A stretch of DNA of 45,115 nt from Desulfobacterales bacterium (GTDB taxonomy: Bacteria > Desulfobacterota > Desulfobacteria > Desulfobacterales > JAHEIW01). The position numbers were made by a program, and so were the translations under genes. Position 1 is the stretch's first letter, and the number at the start of each line of letters is the position of its first letter. Positions 1 through 9,088 of the stretch are shown here, one piece after another. Below the pieces are notes generated by a model that did not search any database, had not been told where the DNA came from, and saw nothing but the letters and a program-made list of their open reading frames with translations. The stretch lies in NCBI GenBank assembly GCA_050116155.1, contig JASFPE010000001.1:1-45115 (forward strand), read 5' to 3'.

Positions 1-1922
1 CGAAAGGCCGGGCGGCCAAAGAACTTTTTTACCATGAGGATCGACTTTTAAAGCCGCTCAAAAAAAAGCCCGATGGTTCTTTCATTGAGATCTCCCGGGA
101 ACAGGCTTTAGATGAGATCGCAGAGAAAATTCTTCACATTCGGCAGGAATATGGGGCCAGGTCCCTGGGGGTTTGGAAGGGAGAGGCGATCGGGTATCTC
201 CAGGAGGAGGATTATGCCAGACGTTTTATCCATGCCTTTGGATCTCCGAATTATCTGTCAAATGATTCTGCCTGTTTTAACGGCCGCTACCTGGGTTTTT
301 TGCTGGTGCACGGGTTCTGGAATTCTCATCCGGAGTTTGAAGGTGCGGATCTTACTATCCTCTGGGGTACCAATCTCTCCGTAAGCCATTCGACGTATAT
401 GCGGGAGGTTGCGAAAGCTCAAAAAAGGGGTGCCAAGCTCATCGTGATCGATCCCCGTCTGAATAAAACCACGAAACGGGCCGATATTGTTGCACGCCCC
501 CGACCCGGATCCGATGGCGCCCTGGCCTGGGGCTTGAGCCGGTACCTGATAGAGACCAATGCCTATGATCGAGAATTCATCGAAAAATATTCGATCGGCT
601 TTGAAGCCTTTGCCCGCTACGCCGAGAAATTCACCCCGGAATTCGTAGCGCAACAGACCGGAGTGGACAGGGACACCATTAATACGATCGCCAGCATGAT
701 CATGGACAACCTGCCCAAAATAGTCATTTTCCCCGGAATTGGGTTGGAACATCACGAAAATGGTGTCAACGATGTCCGCACCATCGCTTGCCTGGGAGCC
801 CTTTGCGGGGCCCTGGATATCAAGGGAGGCTTCACATGGCGCGAAGCAATGGGTGAGCGCAAACTCTCTTTGTGTGACGAGATTTCCCTCCGCGATCAGA
901 AACCGATCGGGTCGGATAGGTTTCCGGTACTTTATGATTACCGCTGGGAATGCCACACGATGACGGCCATGGATTACATGCTGGGCAAGGGTGAATATCC
1001 CCTGAAAGGGATCATCATGACGGCCGCCAATCCAGCGATTAACAATCCCAACACCAAAAAAGTTGTGGCAGCCCTATCGTCACTAGATCTTCTGGTGGTC
1101 AATGACCTATTTTTGACCGAAACCGCAAAATTGGCACATTATGTCTTTCCGGCGGCGACTTTTATTGAAAGGTCCGAACTCCATTTTTTCCCAAAATACC
1201 AATCAGTTGCACTCACCACCAAAGTGGCTGAGGTTTCGGATGTACATGATGAGTACTCCCTGTGGCATGATTTGGCCCACCACCTCGGTTTCGGGCAGGA
1301 ATATTTTCCATGGGAAAACGAAGAGCAGGTCAACCGCTGGATACTTGAACCGACGGGCATCTCTCTGGAAGATTTAAAGAATCATCCCGAAGGCCTTGTT
1401 TACAAGCCTGTCCGCTATAAGAAGTATGAGATTCAGCCCTTTCCGACGCAATCCGGAAAAGTTGAATTTACATCGCCATACCTGAAAAAACGCAATCTCC
1501 CGGAGATCTCGAGATATATTCCACCCCGCTACCTTCGTCACCCTGACAAAGATTTTCCCTTTGTTCTAAACACCGGTGCCCGCAACCCGCTCTACTTCCA
1601 TTCGAGATATCACAATATTCCAAAGTTTCGTAAAGCCTTTCCTGGTGCGCAAGTGGAGATGAATCCCGCGGATGCCGAGAGACTGGGAATTAAAAACACG
1701 GAACGGGTTAAGGTCATCTCGGAAATCGGCTCTGTGGAGGTGCAGGCAAAAATAGTCGATCAGAACCAAATTTTACCGGGTTTCGTTGAAATCCCGCACG
1801 GTTGGCAGGACGGCAATGTTAATCTGGTCACATATGATGACATCAATGACCCCATCAGTGGTTTTCCTTTATTGAAGGCCGTTCCGGTTCGAATTGAAAA
1901 AATTTCCTCACAGAAGAGTTAA
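1..1922 (+). CDS. Molybdopterin (bis-MGD family) oxidoreductase catalytic subunit, 5'-truncated by the window edge
   Basis: Frame 3 is open from base 3, upstream of the ORF-track start at 300 (KPDGSFIEISREQALDEIAEKILHIRQEYGARSLGVWKGEA...). It continues through a molybdopterin-oxidoreductase-like core into a C-terminal molybdopterin-dinucleotide-binding-like segment (VEMNPADAERLGIKNTERVKVISEIGSVEVQAKIV...IPHGW). Substrate not assignable. Confidence 0.85.
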   Translation, partial: KGRAAKELFYHEDRLLKPLKKKPDGSFIEISREQALDEIAEKILHIRQEYGARSLGVWKGEAIGYLQEEDYARRFIHAFGSPNYLSNDSACFNGRYLGFLLVHGFWNSHPEFEGADLTILWGTNLSVSHSTYMREVAKAQKRGAKLIVIDPRLNKTTKRADIVARPRPGSDGALAWGLSRYLIETNAYDREFIEKYSIGFEAFARYAEKFTPEFVAQQTGVDRDTINTIASMIMDNLPKIVIFPGIGLEHHENGVNDVRTIACLGALCGALDIKGGFTWREAMGERKLSLCDEISLRDQKPIGSDRFPVLYDYRWECHTMTAMDYMLGKGEYPLKGIIMTAANPAINNPNTKKVVAALSSLDLLVVNDLFLTETAKLAHYVFPAATFIERSELHFFPKYQSVALTTKVAEVSDVHDEYSLWHDLAHHLGFGQEYFPWENEEQVNRWILEPTGISLEDLKNHPEGLVYKPVRYKKYEIQPFPTQSGKVEFTSPYLKKRNLPEISRYIPPRYLRHPDKDFPFVLNTGARNPLYFHSRYHNIPKFRKAFPGAQVEMNPADAERLGIKNTERVKVISEIGSVEVQAKIVDQNQILPGFVEIPHGWQDGNVNLVTYDDINDPISGFPLLKAVPVRIEKISSQKS

Positions 1923-1978
1923 TTTGCGGGAAATATAAGGGGCTTAAAGCAGAGAATATATTTTATTATCAACGATCA

Positions 1979-2081
1979 GATGCTCGATGCTCGATACTCG
2001 ATGATTGAATTGTTGGCATGTAGTCCATTGAAATAAAATCGAGGACGAGCCGTTAACGAGCATCAAGCATCTAGTATCGAG
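1979..2081. repeat. Intergenic element with inverted tandem-heptamer arms (GATGCTC x3 / GAGCATC-like x3)
   Basis: Left arm gatgctc-gatgctc-gatactc-gatg (1979-2003). Right arm gagcatc-aagcatc-tagtatc-gag (2058-2081) carries the complementary heptamers. Same architecture as the other heptamer-armed elements in this window. Confidence 0.55.
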
Positions 2082-2129
2082 AACGGCGCATTGACGACAA
2101 ATTGTTGATAAGGTATCGCTAAAGACAGA

Positions 2130-3323
2130 ATGAAGCCGAATCCATTTTTACAGGAAGCCGGAAACCTTCTTAACCAGATGCGGGAAATCCGCAGGGATCT
2201 CCACCAGCATCCCGAGCTCGGAACCCAGGAGGTTCGAACATCGCGGATTGTCGCTGATTATTTAAAGCATCTCGGACTCGAGGTACGCACCGGCGTCGGC
2301 GGTTACGGGGTCGTTGGCCTGCTGTCTACCCGGGAAGCGGACAACTGTGTTGCCCTGCGGGCGGATATGGATGCCCTTCCCATGGAAGAGAAAAATAGCG
2401 TCCCCTATGCCTCGGTCAAGCGCGGGGTCGCGCATTGCTGCGGCCACGACGGGCATACGGCTATTTTATTGGGGGCTGCCAACCTGTTGTGTAAATTTTC
2501 GGATTCTCTCGAAGGCAACGTAAAGTTCCTTTTTCAGCCCAGTGAAGACAAGGCTCCCGGGGGAGCCATTCCCATGATAGCCGATGGCGTCCTCAGAGAT
2601 CCTGTTGTCGATGGCATCTTTTCGCTGCACCTGTGTCCGGATTTGGCCCAGGGAACCATCGGGATAAAATCCGGCTTCAGCACGATTTCATCGGCTGGAT
2701 TTATCTTGAATATGATCGGAAAGGGCGGCCATGTGGCCAACCCCCATGAAAGCGTGGATCCCGTCATGATGGCCGGGATGGTGATCATGGCCGGTCAAAC
2801 CATCGTCTCCAGAAGAATAGATCCCCAGGATCCCACGATCATCTCATTTTGTAGCGTTAACGGCGGAACGGCCAGCAATATTATTCCTGACGAAGTCACG
2901 CTGACGGGCACGATCCGAACCCTCAATCCTGAAAAGCGAGAGGAGCTGGCCGCATGTCTCGACGAGGTGGCCCAGGGGGTTGCCCGCAGCAGCGGGGGAG
3001 CCTGCCGGCTCACGGTGAAGATGGAGTATCCCGCGGTGTTCAACCACCCGGAGCTGGCAGCGCAATTAAGGGATTCGGCGGCGAAAATTATGACGGCCGA
3101 TAACGTGATCGACATGCAATCCCCCAGCATGACCGGAGAAGACGTGTCCTACTTCCATCAGAAAGTCCCGGGGGCTCACTGGCTCCTGGGAACCTCAAAT
3201 CCCGCCATGAATTTCACCCATCCCCTTCATAGCCCGTTATTTAATTTTGACGAAGAGGTCATGCCTCTCGGCGCGGCGATTCATGCCTGTTGCGCGGTCG
3301 ATTTCCTGAGCAACAGGCAATAA
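2130..3323 (+). CDS. M20-family amidohydrolase (N-acyl-amino-acid / hippurate hydrolase-like)
   Basis: 397 aa. Typical M20D blocks are present: HQHPELGTQE, ALRADMDALP, HCCGHDGHTA. Confidence 0.85.
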   Translation: MKPNPFLQEAGNLLNQMREIRRDLHQHPELGTQEVRTSRIVADYLKHLGLEVRTGVGGYGVVGLLSTREADNCVALRADMDALPMEEKNSVPYASVKRGVAHCCGHDGHTAILLGAANLLCKFSDSLEGNVKFLFQPSEDKAPGGAIPMIADGVLRDPVVDGIFSLHLCPDLAQGTIGIKSGFSTISSAGFILNMIGKGGHVANPHESVDPVMMAGMVIMAGQTIVSRRIDPQDPTIISFCSVNGGTASNIIPDEVTLTGTIRTLNPEKREELAACLDEVAQGVARSSGGACRLTVKMEYPAVFNHPELAAQLRDSAAKIMTADNVIDMQSPSMTGEDVSYFHQKVPGAHWLLGTSNPAMNFTHPLHSPLFNFDEEVMPLGAAIHACCAVDFLSNRQ

Positions 3324-3420
3324 AAAAAAGGGGGGGCAGGTAAGTTGGCTTTCTCTCATCTGAATGTCTTCCCCTCATCGGTCTAATGTAGGCTGTAGGT
3401 CTAAAAAGGAGGGCCACCAT

Positions 3421-3612
3421 ATGATGGGCGACTTTCCCATTGACTCACCAGGGGAAATTCGTTACATTTCGCCTCACAAAAGGGACTTATTATCATTTCT
3501 CATCAGGAAAGGTTTTGTTGGGAATAGTGGAGATCTTTTTACGGAAGCTCTGCTTTACTATTCCAGTCGGGGCAAAATAAACAACTTAATAAAATGGCAA
3601 GGGAGGTGGTAA
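3421..3612 (+). CDS. Small hypothetical protein (63 aa)
   Basis: An internal ATG of the 3364..3612 ORF is preceded by AAGGAGGG with 7-nt spacing. It lies between the M20 gene and the TAXI binding-protein gene. No recognisable family. Confidence 0.4.
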   Translation: MMGDFPIDSPGEIRYISPHKRDLLSFLIRKGFVGNSGDLFTEALLYYSSRGKINNLIKWQGRW

Positions 3613-3676
3613 TTTTTGGTGTAGATAGTTCTGAACGCGAAGATCTTAAATCAAGAATAAAGAAAAGGAGCTAAAA

Positions 3677-4759
3677 ATGAAGAAACTTAAATTGGGATTG
3701 GTTTTGTTACTGGCCCTGCTGTTAGTATCGGTATTTGTTTTATCTGGCCCTGCTGCGGCAGCTGAGAAAAAAATGTGGCGATGGGGAACCTCTAATCCAG
3801 GGGCCTACGGTTACAGAGTAGGCGCTTTCATGTCAGATTTCCTCCGAAGGGGTCTGCCGGATTACGACGTTACCGTTTACCCATTTGCGACAACCACTGC
3901 AAACATCAAGAGCTTTCTCGTGGGTGATCTGGAATCCGTGTATTCGGCTGAGCCGGGATTGAGAAAATTGTACGCGTTTGTAAAACCATTTGAAGGCTTT
4001 GAACCCAACGTAAAGCAAATGCCGGTACAGTCTTTCTGGAGCTACACCATGGAGACACATATATTGACTTTACCGGAGAACAAAGACAAATTCCGCAGCT
4101 GGGATGATTTGAACGGCAAAAAAATCTATATGACCAAGTCGGGATACATGAACAATATCAACATCCACAGGGCAATGGAGGACGTCTGTGGCCTGGATAT
4201 CGAGCACGTCGAAATTGATATGTCGAAGGCCGCGGATGCTCTAAGAGCGGGAACCATAGACGCCACCGCAGCTTACACAACGGCTCTGGTCTCGCTGGCT
4301 GGCTGGCTCAAGGTGCTTGATGTGGCAACTCCCCTGCAGGGAGTGAATCCAACCCCGGAACAAATCAAGAAGCTTACAGCGGCCGGTTTTGCCCCCGCGA
4401 AGATCAACATGAAGAAAGCATATACCAGAGACCTGGGAGTGGATGAGCTCTATGGCGTGCCTTTTTACTTCGGTTACCACCACAGTCTCAATTTCCCGGC
4501 AGAGGACGTTTATAGAACACTCAAAGTATTTGAAGCCGCAGCGGCTGATCTAACCAGGCTGGACCCCGGATTCGGACCTCTGGCTGCAGACTTCGCCGGG
4601 TTCCAGGTCAAGGGGATCCAAAGCATTCCCGAGATGCCAGTACATCCGGGATTGGCGAAGTATCTGAAGGAAAAGGGCTTGTGGGATTCATCCTGGATAA
4701 TAGCTACCGACGCAACGATCAAGGAAGCGATAAAGGCGATGAAAGCCAAGGCGAAATGA
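3677..4759 (+). CDS. TRAP transporter solute receptor, TAXI family
   Basis: 360 aa. N-terminal signal peptide (MKKLKLGLVLLLALLLVSVFVLSGPAAAA), RBS AAGGAG upstream, and a fused TRAP permease follows. TAXI-like core (WGTSNPGAYGY...TTTANIKSF). Confidence 0.75.
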   Translation: MKKLKLGLVLLLALLLVSVFVLSGPAAAAEKKMWRWGTSNPGAYGYRVGAFMSDFLRRGLPDYDVTVYPFATTTANIKSFLVGDLESVYSAEPGLRKLYAFVKPFEGFEPNVKQMPVQSFWSYTMETHILTLPENKDKFRSWDDLNGKKIYMTKSGYMNNINIHRAMEDVCGLDIEHVEIDMSKAADALRAGTIDATAAYTTALVSLAGWLKVLDVATPLQGVNPTPEQIKKLTAAGFAPAKINMKKAYTRDLGVDELYGVPFYFGYHHSLNFPAEDVYRTLKVFEAAAADLTRLDPGFGPLAADFAGFQVKGIQSIPEMPVHPGLAKYLKEKGLWDSSWIIATDATIKEAIKAMKAKAK

Positions 4760-4805
4760 TCTTTTTGGAAAAAGTAAGGAGTCGTTAAGCGCTCATCATG
4801 GTGGG

Positions 4806-4850
4806 CTCACCCCTGTAAAAGGTCGAAAAGGGGTGAGTTCACTCTTTTCT
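4806..4850 (+). terminator. Hairpin plus T-rich tail downstream of the TAXI receptor gene (possible intra-operon attenuating terminator)
   Basis: ctcacccct (4806-4814) pairs with aggggtgag (4829-4837), giving a 9-bp stem. It is followed by ttcactcttttct. Confidence 0.45.
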
Positions 4851-4854
4851 AGAG

Positions 4855-5017
4855 GCTGTTTCAAAATTGTAGATGGCATTCACGGGTTCGCCGCAGGCGG
4901 ACCGATGCGGTTTAAAAGCGGAGTCCCGGCTTACAGGGGGGTGAGCAGCTTATTTTAAACCGAATCGCAACGCAGTCCCGCCAACGGCGGGAACGCCAGA
5001 TGCAATTTTGAAACAGC
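4855..5017. repeat. About 163-nt nested-palindromic element closed by a perfect 15-bp inverted repeat
   Basis: gctgtttcaaaattg (4855-4869) is the exact reverse complement of caattttgaaacagc (5003-5017). An inner pair is cggtttaaaa / ttttaaaccg. Small GC hairpins are also present (cccgcc-aac-ggcggg). Confidence 0.6.
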
Positions 5018-5043
5018 TTTTAAACACCGTAGGGAGCGAACAG

Positions 5044-7020
5044 ATGGAAAAAAATACGTCATCAAATAGAGCGAATTCATTGGCTGAAATGCGTAAATTC
5101 ATAATCCCCTCCTATCTTATTGCCACTGTCGTCTATTTAATTTTTTCGCTACATTATTTCATGACCGGCTTGGGGGGAACCATGCTCCTTGGCGTAACTC
5201 TTGTGCCGATGGCCTACGTGCTGTGGGTATTGAATTTCTTTGTCGCCGGAGAGCTGCCGTATCCCCGTCTGGGACTTAAACCCAATATTGCCATCGCCGG
5301 CGTTTACATCGCTATGTGCATCTTTTCGCTCATATACATGCGCGTGGAGTTTGATGCCCTCATTTATGACAGAGCAGGTTTCTTCAACACGACTGACAAA
5401 ATCGTAGGAGCGATGATGCTGGGTCTCGTACTCGAATACACCCGCCGGGACCATGGCCTGCTCTTTTGGCTCATCCTGTTTCTCATGCTCTATTCCGTTT
5501 ACGGGCGGATTTTCCCGGGTATACTCGGTCATCCCGGCGTCTCCTGGACAAGAGTTATTACATCTTCTTCCATTGAGATCTCATTGGGCCTCTTTGGAAC
5601 GTATGCCCAGATCGGGGTCGGCGTTATCGCGGCATTTTTCATGTTTTTGGGAATTGCACAGGGATTTGGTGTTCAGGAATCTATTATCAAAACATTCACC
5701 GGGATATTTGCTAAACGTAAAAGCCTCATCCCCCAAACGGCGGTGGTGACTTCGATGGCAATTGCTACCTGTAGTGGATCGGGAGCAGCGAATGCAGCCA
5801 TCACCGGGCAATACACCATACCGTTGATGAAAAAAGCAGGTTTTCCCGCTCTTCACGCCGGTGCTGTGGAAGCTTCAGCTTCGCTAGGCGGCCTGCTCAT
5901 GCCACCGGTCATGGCAATCGCCGGTTTCCTCATGGCTGACTTTCTCGGCGTGACGTATTTCGAGGTTATCGCTCGGGGATATGCGCCGGCACTCATTTTC
6001 TTTGGCATCATATCCCTATCGGTTTACCTCTTTACAGCGCGCTTCCTGCGGGGAAAGGGAAGCCGCCCGGATTCAGCAGTGGTTTCCGTTATCGAAAGAT
6101 TCTCCAAAATGGACGTGGTCAACACGGCGGTGTTCTTTGCCTTCATCGGAGTTTTGATCTTTTTGATGGGTGTGCTTTGGTACGAAGCATCCAGAGCCGC
6201 ACTTAACATTGCGCTCGGTCTCTTTATCACCGCCTCCCTGTTCCGCATATATCTCCATCCCGGGACGATCTGGGATAAGATAAAGGAATGGGCGATGTGT
6301 TTGCGCCGGGCCTTAGAGGGATTTGCCGGAGTCACTGCTCCGCTGGTTCTCTTGCTCGCCATGCTCGGGGTGATGGTGAATATGTTCGTGGTTAGTGGAT
6401 GGATGATTAAGCTAATGGGACTGCTGGCAACGGTCGGAGAATTTCATGTCGTAGCCCTTATCGGAGTGGGGTTCGCCATTGGGGTCTTCTTAGGGCTGGG
6501 AATACCTCCGTCGGCCTGTTACATCCTCTCAGCTGTGATCGTCATCCCGCCGATGACACGAATCGGGATCAACCCCTGGGTAGCTCATTTCTTCTTATTT
6601 TTCATAGCGGTCATATCCGAATATTCGCCACCCACATCACTCGTGGCTGCGGTTGCTTCCCGTATTTCAGGTGCCTCCTTCATGAAGACGATGATGGTCA
6701 CGCTGCAAATATCTCTTCCTTTTTTCTTCCTCACATTCGCGATTTTCAATTGGGATATTTTGTTGTTAAAACCCGGTTGGGCACAACTGGCTGCTCTGGG
6801 TGTGCTAATAATTGGATGCTCGACAGCAGCTGCCGCCATCCACGGTAATCTTTTTAAACGTAAAATGTATGATCTTCCTGCAAGGTTTTTAGTCCTCCTG
6901 ATATCGCTATTTATCTTGTTCTATCCTAAAGGTATCCTTTCAGCATTGGCATTGATACCCGCCATAGCTATGATCGTCCTCGTGATTCGGCAGACTGAAA
7001 AAACATCGGTATCTTCTTAG
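5044..7020 (+). CDS. TRAP transporter fused permease (TAXI-associated, DctQM-like fusion)
   Basis: About 658 aa, highly hydrophobic and polytopic, directly downstream of the TAXI receptor. I chose ATG 5044 (GGGAG 6-7 nt upstream) over the ORF-track TTG at 5008, which lies inside the palindromic element. Confidence 0.8.
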   Translation: MEKNTSSNRANSLAEMRKFIIPSYLIATVVYLIFSLHYFMTGLGGTMLLGVTLVPMAYVLWVLNFFVAGELPYPRLGLKPNIAIAGVYIAMCIFSLIYMRVEFDALIYDRAGFFNTTDKIVGAMMLGLVLEYTRRDHGLLFWLILFLMLYSVYGRIFPGILGHPGVSWTRVITSSSIEISLGLFGTYAQIGVGVIAAFFMFLGIAQGFGVQESIIKTFTGIFAKRKSLIPQTAVVTSMAIATCSGSGAANAAITGQYTIPLMKKAGFPALHAGAVEASASLGGLLMPPVMAIAGFLMADFLGVTYFEVIARGYAPALIFFGIISLSVYLFTARFLRGKGSRPDSAVVSVIERFSKMDVVNTAVFFAFIGVLIFLMGVLWYEASRAALNIALGLFITASLFRIYLHPGTIWDKIKEWAMCLRRALEGFAGVTAPLVLLLAMLGVMVNMFVVSGWMIKLMGLLATVGEFHVVALIGVGFAIGVFLGLGIPPSACYILSAVIVIPPMTRIGINPWVAHFFLFFIAVISEYSPPTSLVAAVASRISGASFMKTMMVTLQISLPFFFLTFAIFNWDILLLKPGWAQLAALGVLIIGCSTAAAAIHGNLFKRKMYDLPARFLVLLISLFILFYPKGILSALALIPAIAMIVLVIRQTEKTSVSS

Positions 7021-7085
7021 GATTGCTATATTCGTTTAGAGAATGACGCAACCTGTTGCACCCATCGCGCCGTAATGAGATGGGC

Positions 7086-7712
7086 TCAATGGTGTATCCG
7101 ACGTTCATTGCTGTCCGGATAAGGATACTCCATATGCCGGGCCGTAGCCCGGGCGATATTTTCACCGAAGTATCGGGCTACCACCTTGAGTGCCATATCG
7201 ATGCCCGCTGAGATGCCTGCCGACGTCACCACGTGGCCGTCTTCGACGACATGTTTTTGGAATTCCACAGTCACCTCCGGAAAGGCATCACGCATCCAGT
7301 TTAACGATCGCCAGTGAGTGGTCGCGTGCAGCCCGTTCAGCAGCCCGGCGAATCCCAACAGCATCGATCCGGTACAAACAGAAGTCAGTGTTTCGACTTC
7401 CGCTGCGCGAGCGCGCAGCCATTCAAGCATGGTCGGGTTGTTCAATTCCTTACGCGTTCCCCAGCCCCCGGGTACAACAAGGATATCAAGGGGAGGACAG
7501 TTCTCAAAAGTGTAATCTGGAATCACTTTCATGTTGCCTGTCGTCGTGACAGGCTCAGGATACTCAGCCACCAACCATACTTCAAAGGGTGCAGGTTCTT
7601 CTCTGCGCTTCTCTTCATTAAGACGAGCGACGGAGAAAACCTCAAACGGACCACAAAAGTCGAGCACTTCGATGTCTTCAAAAAGGACGATCCCAACACG
7701 TTTTTTCTCCAA
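7086..7712 (-). CDS. DJ-1/PfpI family protein (class I glutamine-amidotransferase-like fold)
   Basis: 208 aa. VGIVLFEDIEVLDFCGPFEVF and the nucleophile-elbow Cys in SVCTGSMLL. TTG start with GGAGG 6 nt upstream. Confidence 0.8.
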   Translation of the reverse strand: MEKKRVGIVLFEDIEVLDFCGPFEVFSVARLNEEKRREEPAPFEVWLVAEYPEPVTTTGNMKVIPDYTFENCPPLDILVVPGGWGTRKELNNPTMLEWLRARAAEVETLTSVCTGSMLLGFAGLLNGLHATTHWRSLNWMRDAFPEVTVEFQKHVVEDGHVVTSAGISAGIDMALKVVARYFGENIARATARHMEYPYPDSNERRIHH

Positions 7713-7954
7713 TTGTTTCCTCCTTTCGTTGAGACGAATGAATTGGCCACCTGCGCAGCGATTTCGGTCAGATTCGTGTTATGCAGAATTGTTTTCTCAA
7801 TCTTTAATTTCGGGTTTTCAGAAAAGATTTATTATTTTAGAAAAGTGAAATAAAACACCATATCATCCAGGCTCGCCAAAAGCCAGCCCGCTGTGCCAAT
7901 AACAAATCACAATTAACCAATACCTCCAGATTGAGCGAAAAGCGCTCAATTGGG

Positions 7955-8890
7955 TCAGGCCTGGCTTTTTGCCATATAGGCTTCCAGTTTTCCGACGCCG
8001 AGGGAAAATGTCAGGGTCATCACCAGATACAGTGCGGTGATGGTAATCCAGATTTCGATGGTGAGATAGGTGGAGGCCATTAATTGCGTGCCCTGGTAGG
8101 ATAACTCCTGGATCGATATTACCGAAACGATGGCCGAGTCTTTGATCAGAGAGATGAACTGCCCGGCCATGGCCGGTAAGAGCCGTTGCATGGCCTGGGG
8201 CAGGATAATGTGCCGCATGGTATGATATTTTGACAGGCCCAGCGTATAGGAGGCTTCCCATTGACCTTTTTCCACCGATTCGATGCCGGCCCGCACGATT
8301 TCCGTGATATAGGCGCCTTCAAAAATGGCCAGCGTGAAAAGCGCTGAGATGAAAGCAGACGCGAATTGCGGCGGTGAAAAGAGCGCCGCAAACAGGCGCT
8401 GGGTTCCCGAAGAGCTGGATCTGAGAAAATCATCAAGACCGATGATCGGCATGATCTGGTCGCTGATGAAGAAATAGAAAATAAAGATAATAACCAAAGG
8501 CGGCAGGTTGCGCATGAGCTCGACATAGGAGCGCGCGATCATTCTGTGAAAGAGGCTTTTGCTGACCCGCAGCAATCCCATCGTGGTGCCGAGGATGATA
8601 GCCAGAAAGGTCCCCCAGAAGCTCAACCGCAGGGTGGTCAACAGCCCGTGGATCAGGTAGTTAGATACCCACTTTCCGGATTCGGCATCGTAACGAAAGA
8701 GATACTGGGGGATGATTCCCCATTGCCAGTTATAGTTGAGCTTGACTTTGACCTGATACACCACATACACCAGGGCACCAAGCAGCGCGAGCAATACAAA
8801 AACGTCAAGCGTCGTAATCTTACTTTTCTTTTGCAGCACAGTATTTCTCGTATTTCCTTTACAACAAAGAACTAGTGTTGTGTTTCGCAA
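7955..8890 (-). CDS. Polar amino-acid ABC transporter permease (HisM/GlnP family)
   Basis: 311 aa. It is a paralogue of 11038..11859, sharing NYNWQWG..PQYLF and the EAA-loop region GQWEASYTLGLS. The start codon is uncertain (TTG at 8890, no clear RBS). Confidence 0.8.
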   Translation of the reverse strand: MRNTTLVLCCKGNTRNTVLQKKSKITTLDVFVLLALLGALVYVVYQVKVKLNYNWQWGIIPQYLFRYDAESGKWVSNYLIHGLLTTLRLSFWGTFLAIILGTTMGLLRVSKSLFHRMIARSYVELMRNLPPLVIIFIFYFFISDQIMPIIGLDDFLRSSSSGTQRLFAALFSPPQFASAFISALFTLAIFEGAYITEIVRAGIESVEKGQWEASYTLGLSKYHTMRHIILPQAMQRLLPAMAGQFISLIKDSAIVSVISIQELSYQGTQLMASTYLTIEIWITITALYLVMTLTFSLGVGKLEAYMAKSQA

Positions 8891-8918
8891 GTAATCTATA
8901 AATCATGGCTTTATTTTA

Positions 8919-9000
8919 GGTTTCAGGTTTCGGGTGTCAGGTGTCAGGCCACGGGTCATCAGTTCGTAATCCTGACACCTGAACACTGACACCTGAAACC
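8919..9000. repeat. GTGTCAG/GTTTCAG heptamer-armed palindromic element
   Basis: Left arm ggtttcaggtttcgggtgtcaggtgtcagg (8919-8948). Right arm cctgacacctgaacactgacacctgaaacc (8971-9000). The outer 10 bp and inner 10 bp are complementary. A related copy is at 15060-15242. Confidence 0.8.
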
Positions 9001-9088
9001 CTAGACCTTGTGTTGTTTAAAGATCTCAACCGAACCCCAATATACTACACGACTTACGCAACATTTTTGTAGGTCATAATACTAAAAG

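Noticed and set aside
258-956. 232-aa minus-strand ORF
   Set aside because: It is entirely antisense to the molybdopterin oxidoreductase, whose frame carries clear family blocks. It has no motifs of its own and no RBS.
5008-5043. TTG start proposed by the ORF track for the TRAP permease
   Set aside because: It lies inside the right arm of the 15-bp palindrome and has no RBS. ATG 5044 has GGGAG at proper spacing.
8919-9000. Tandem heptamer arrays as a CRISPR array
   Set aside because: The units are 7 nt with no spacers and are arranged as inverted arms. No cas genes are present.
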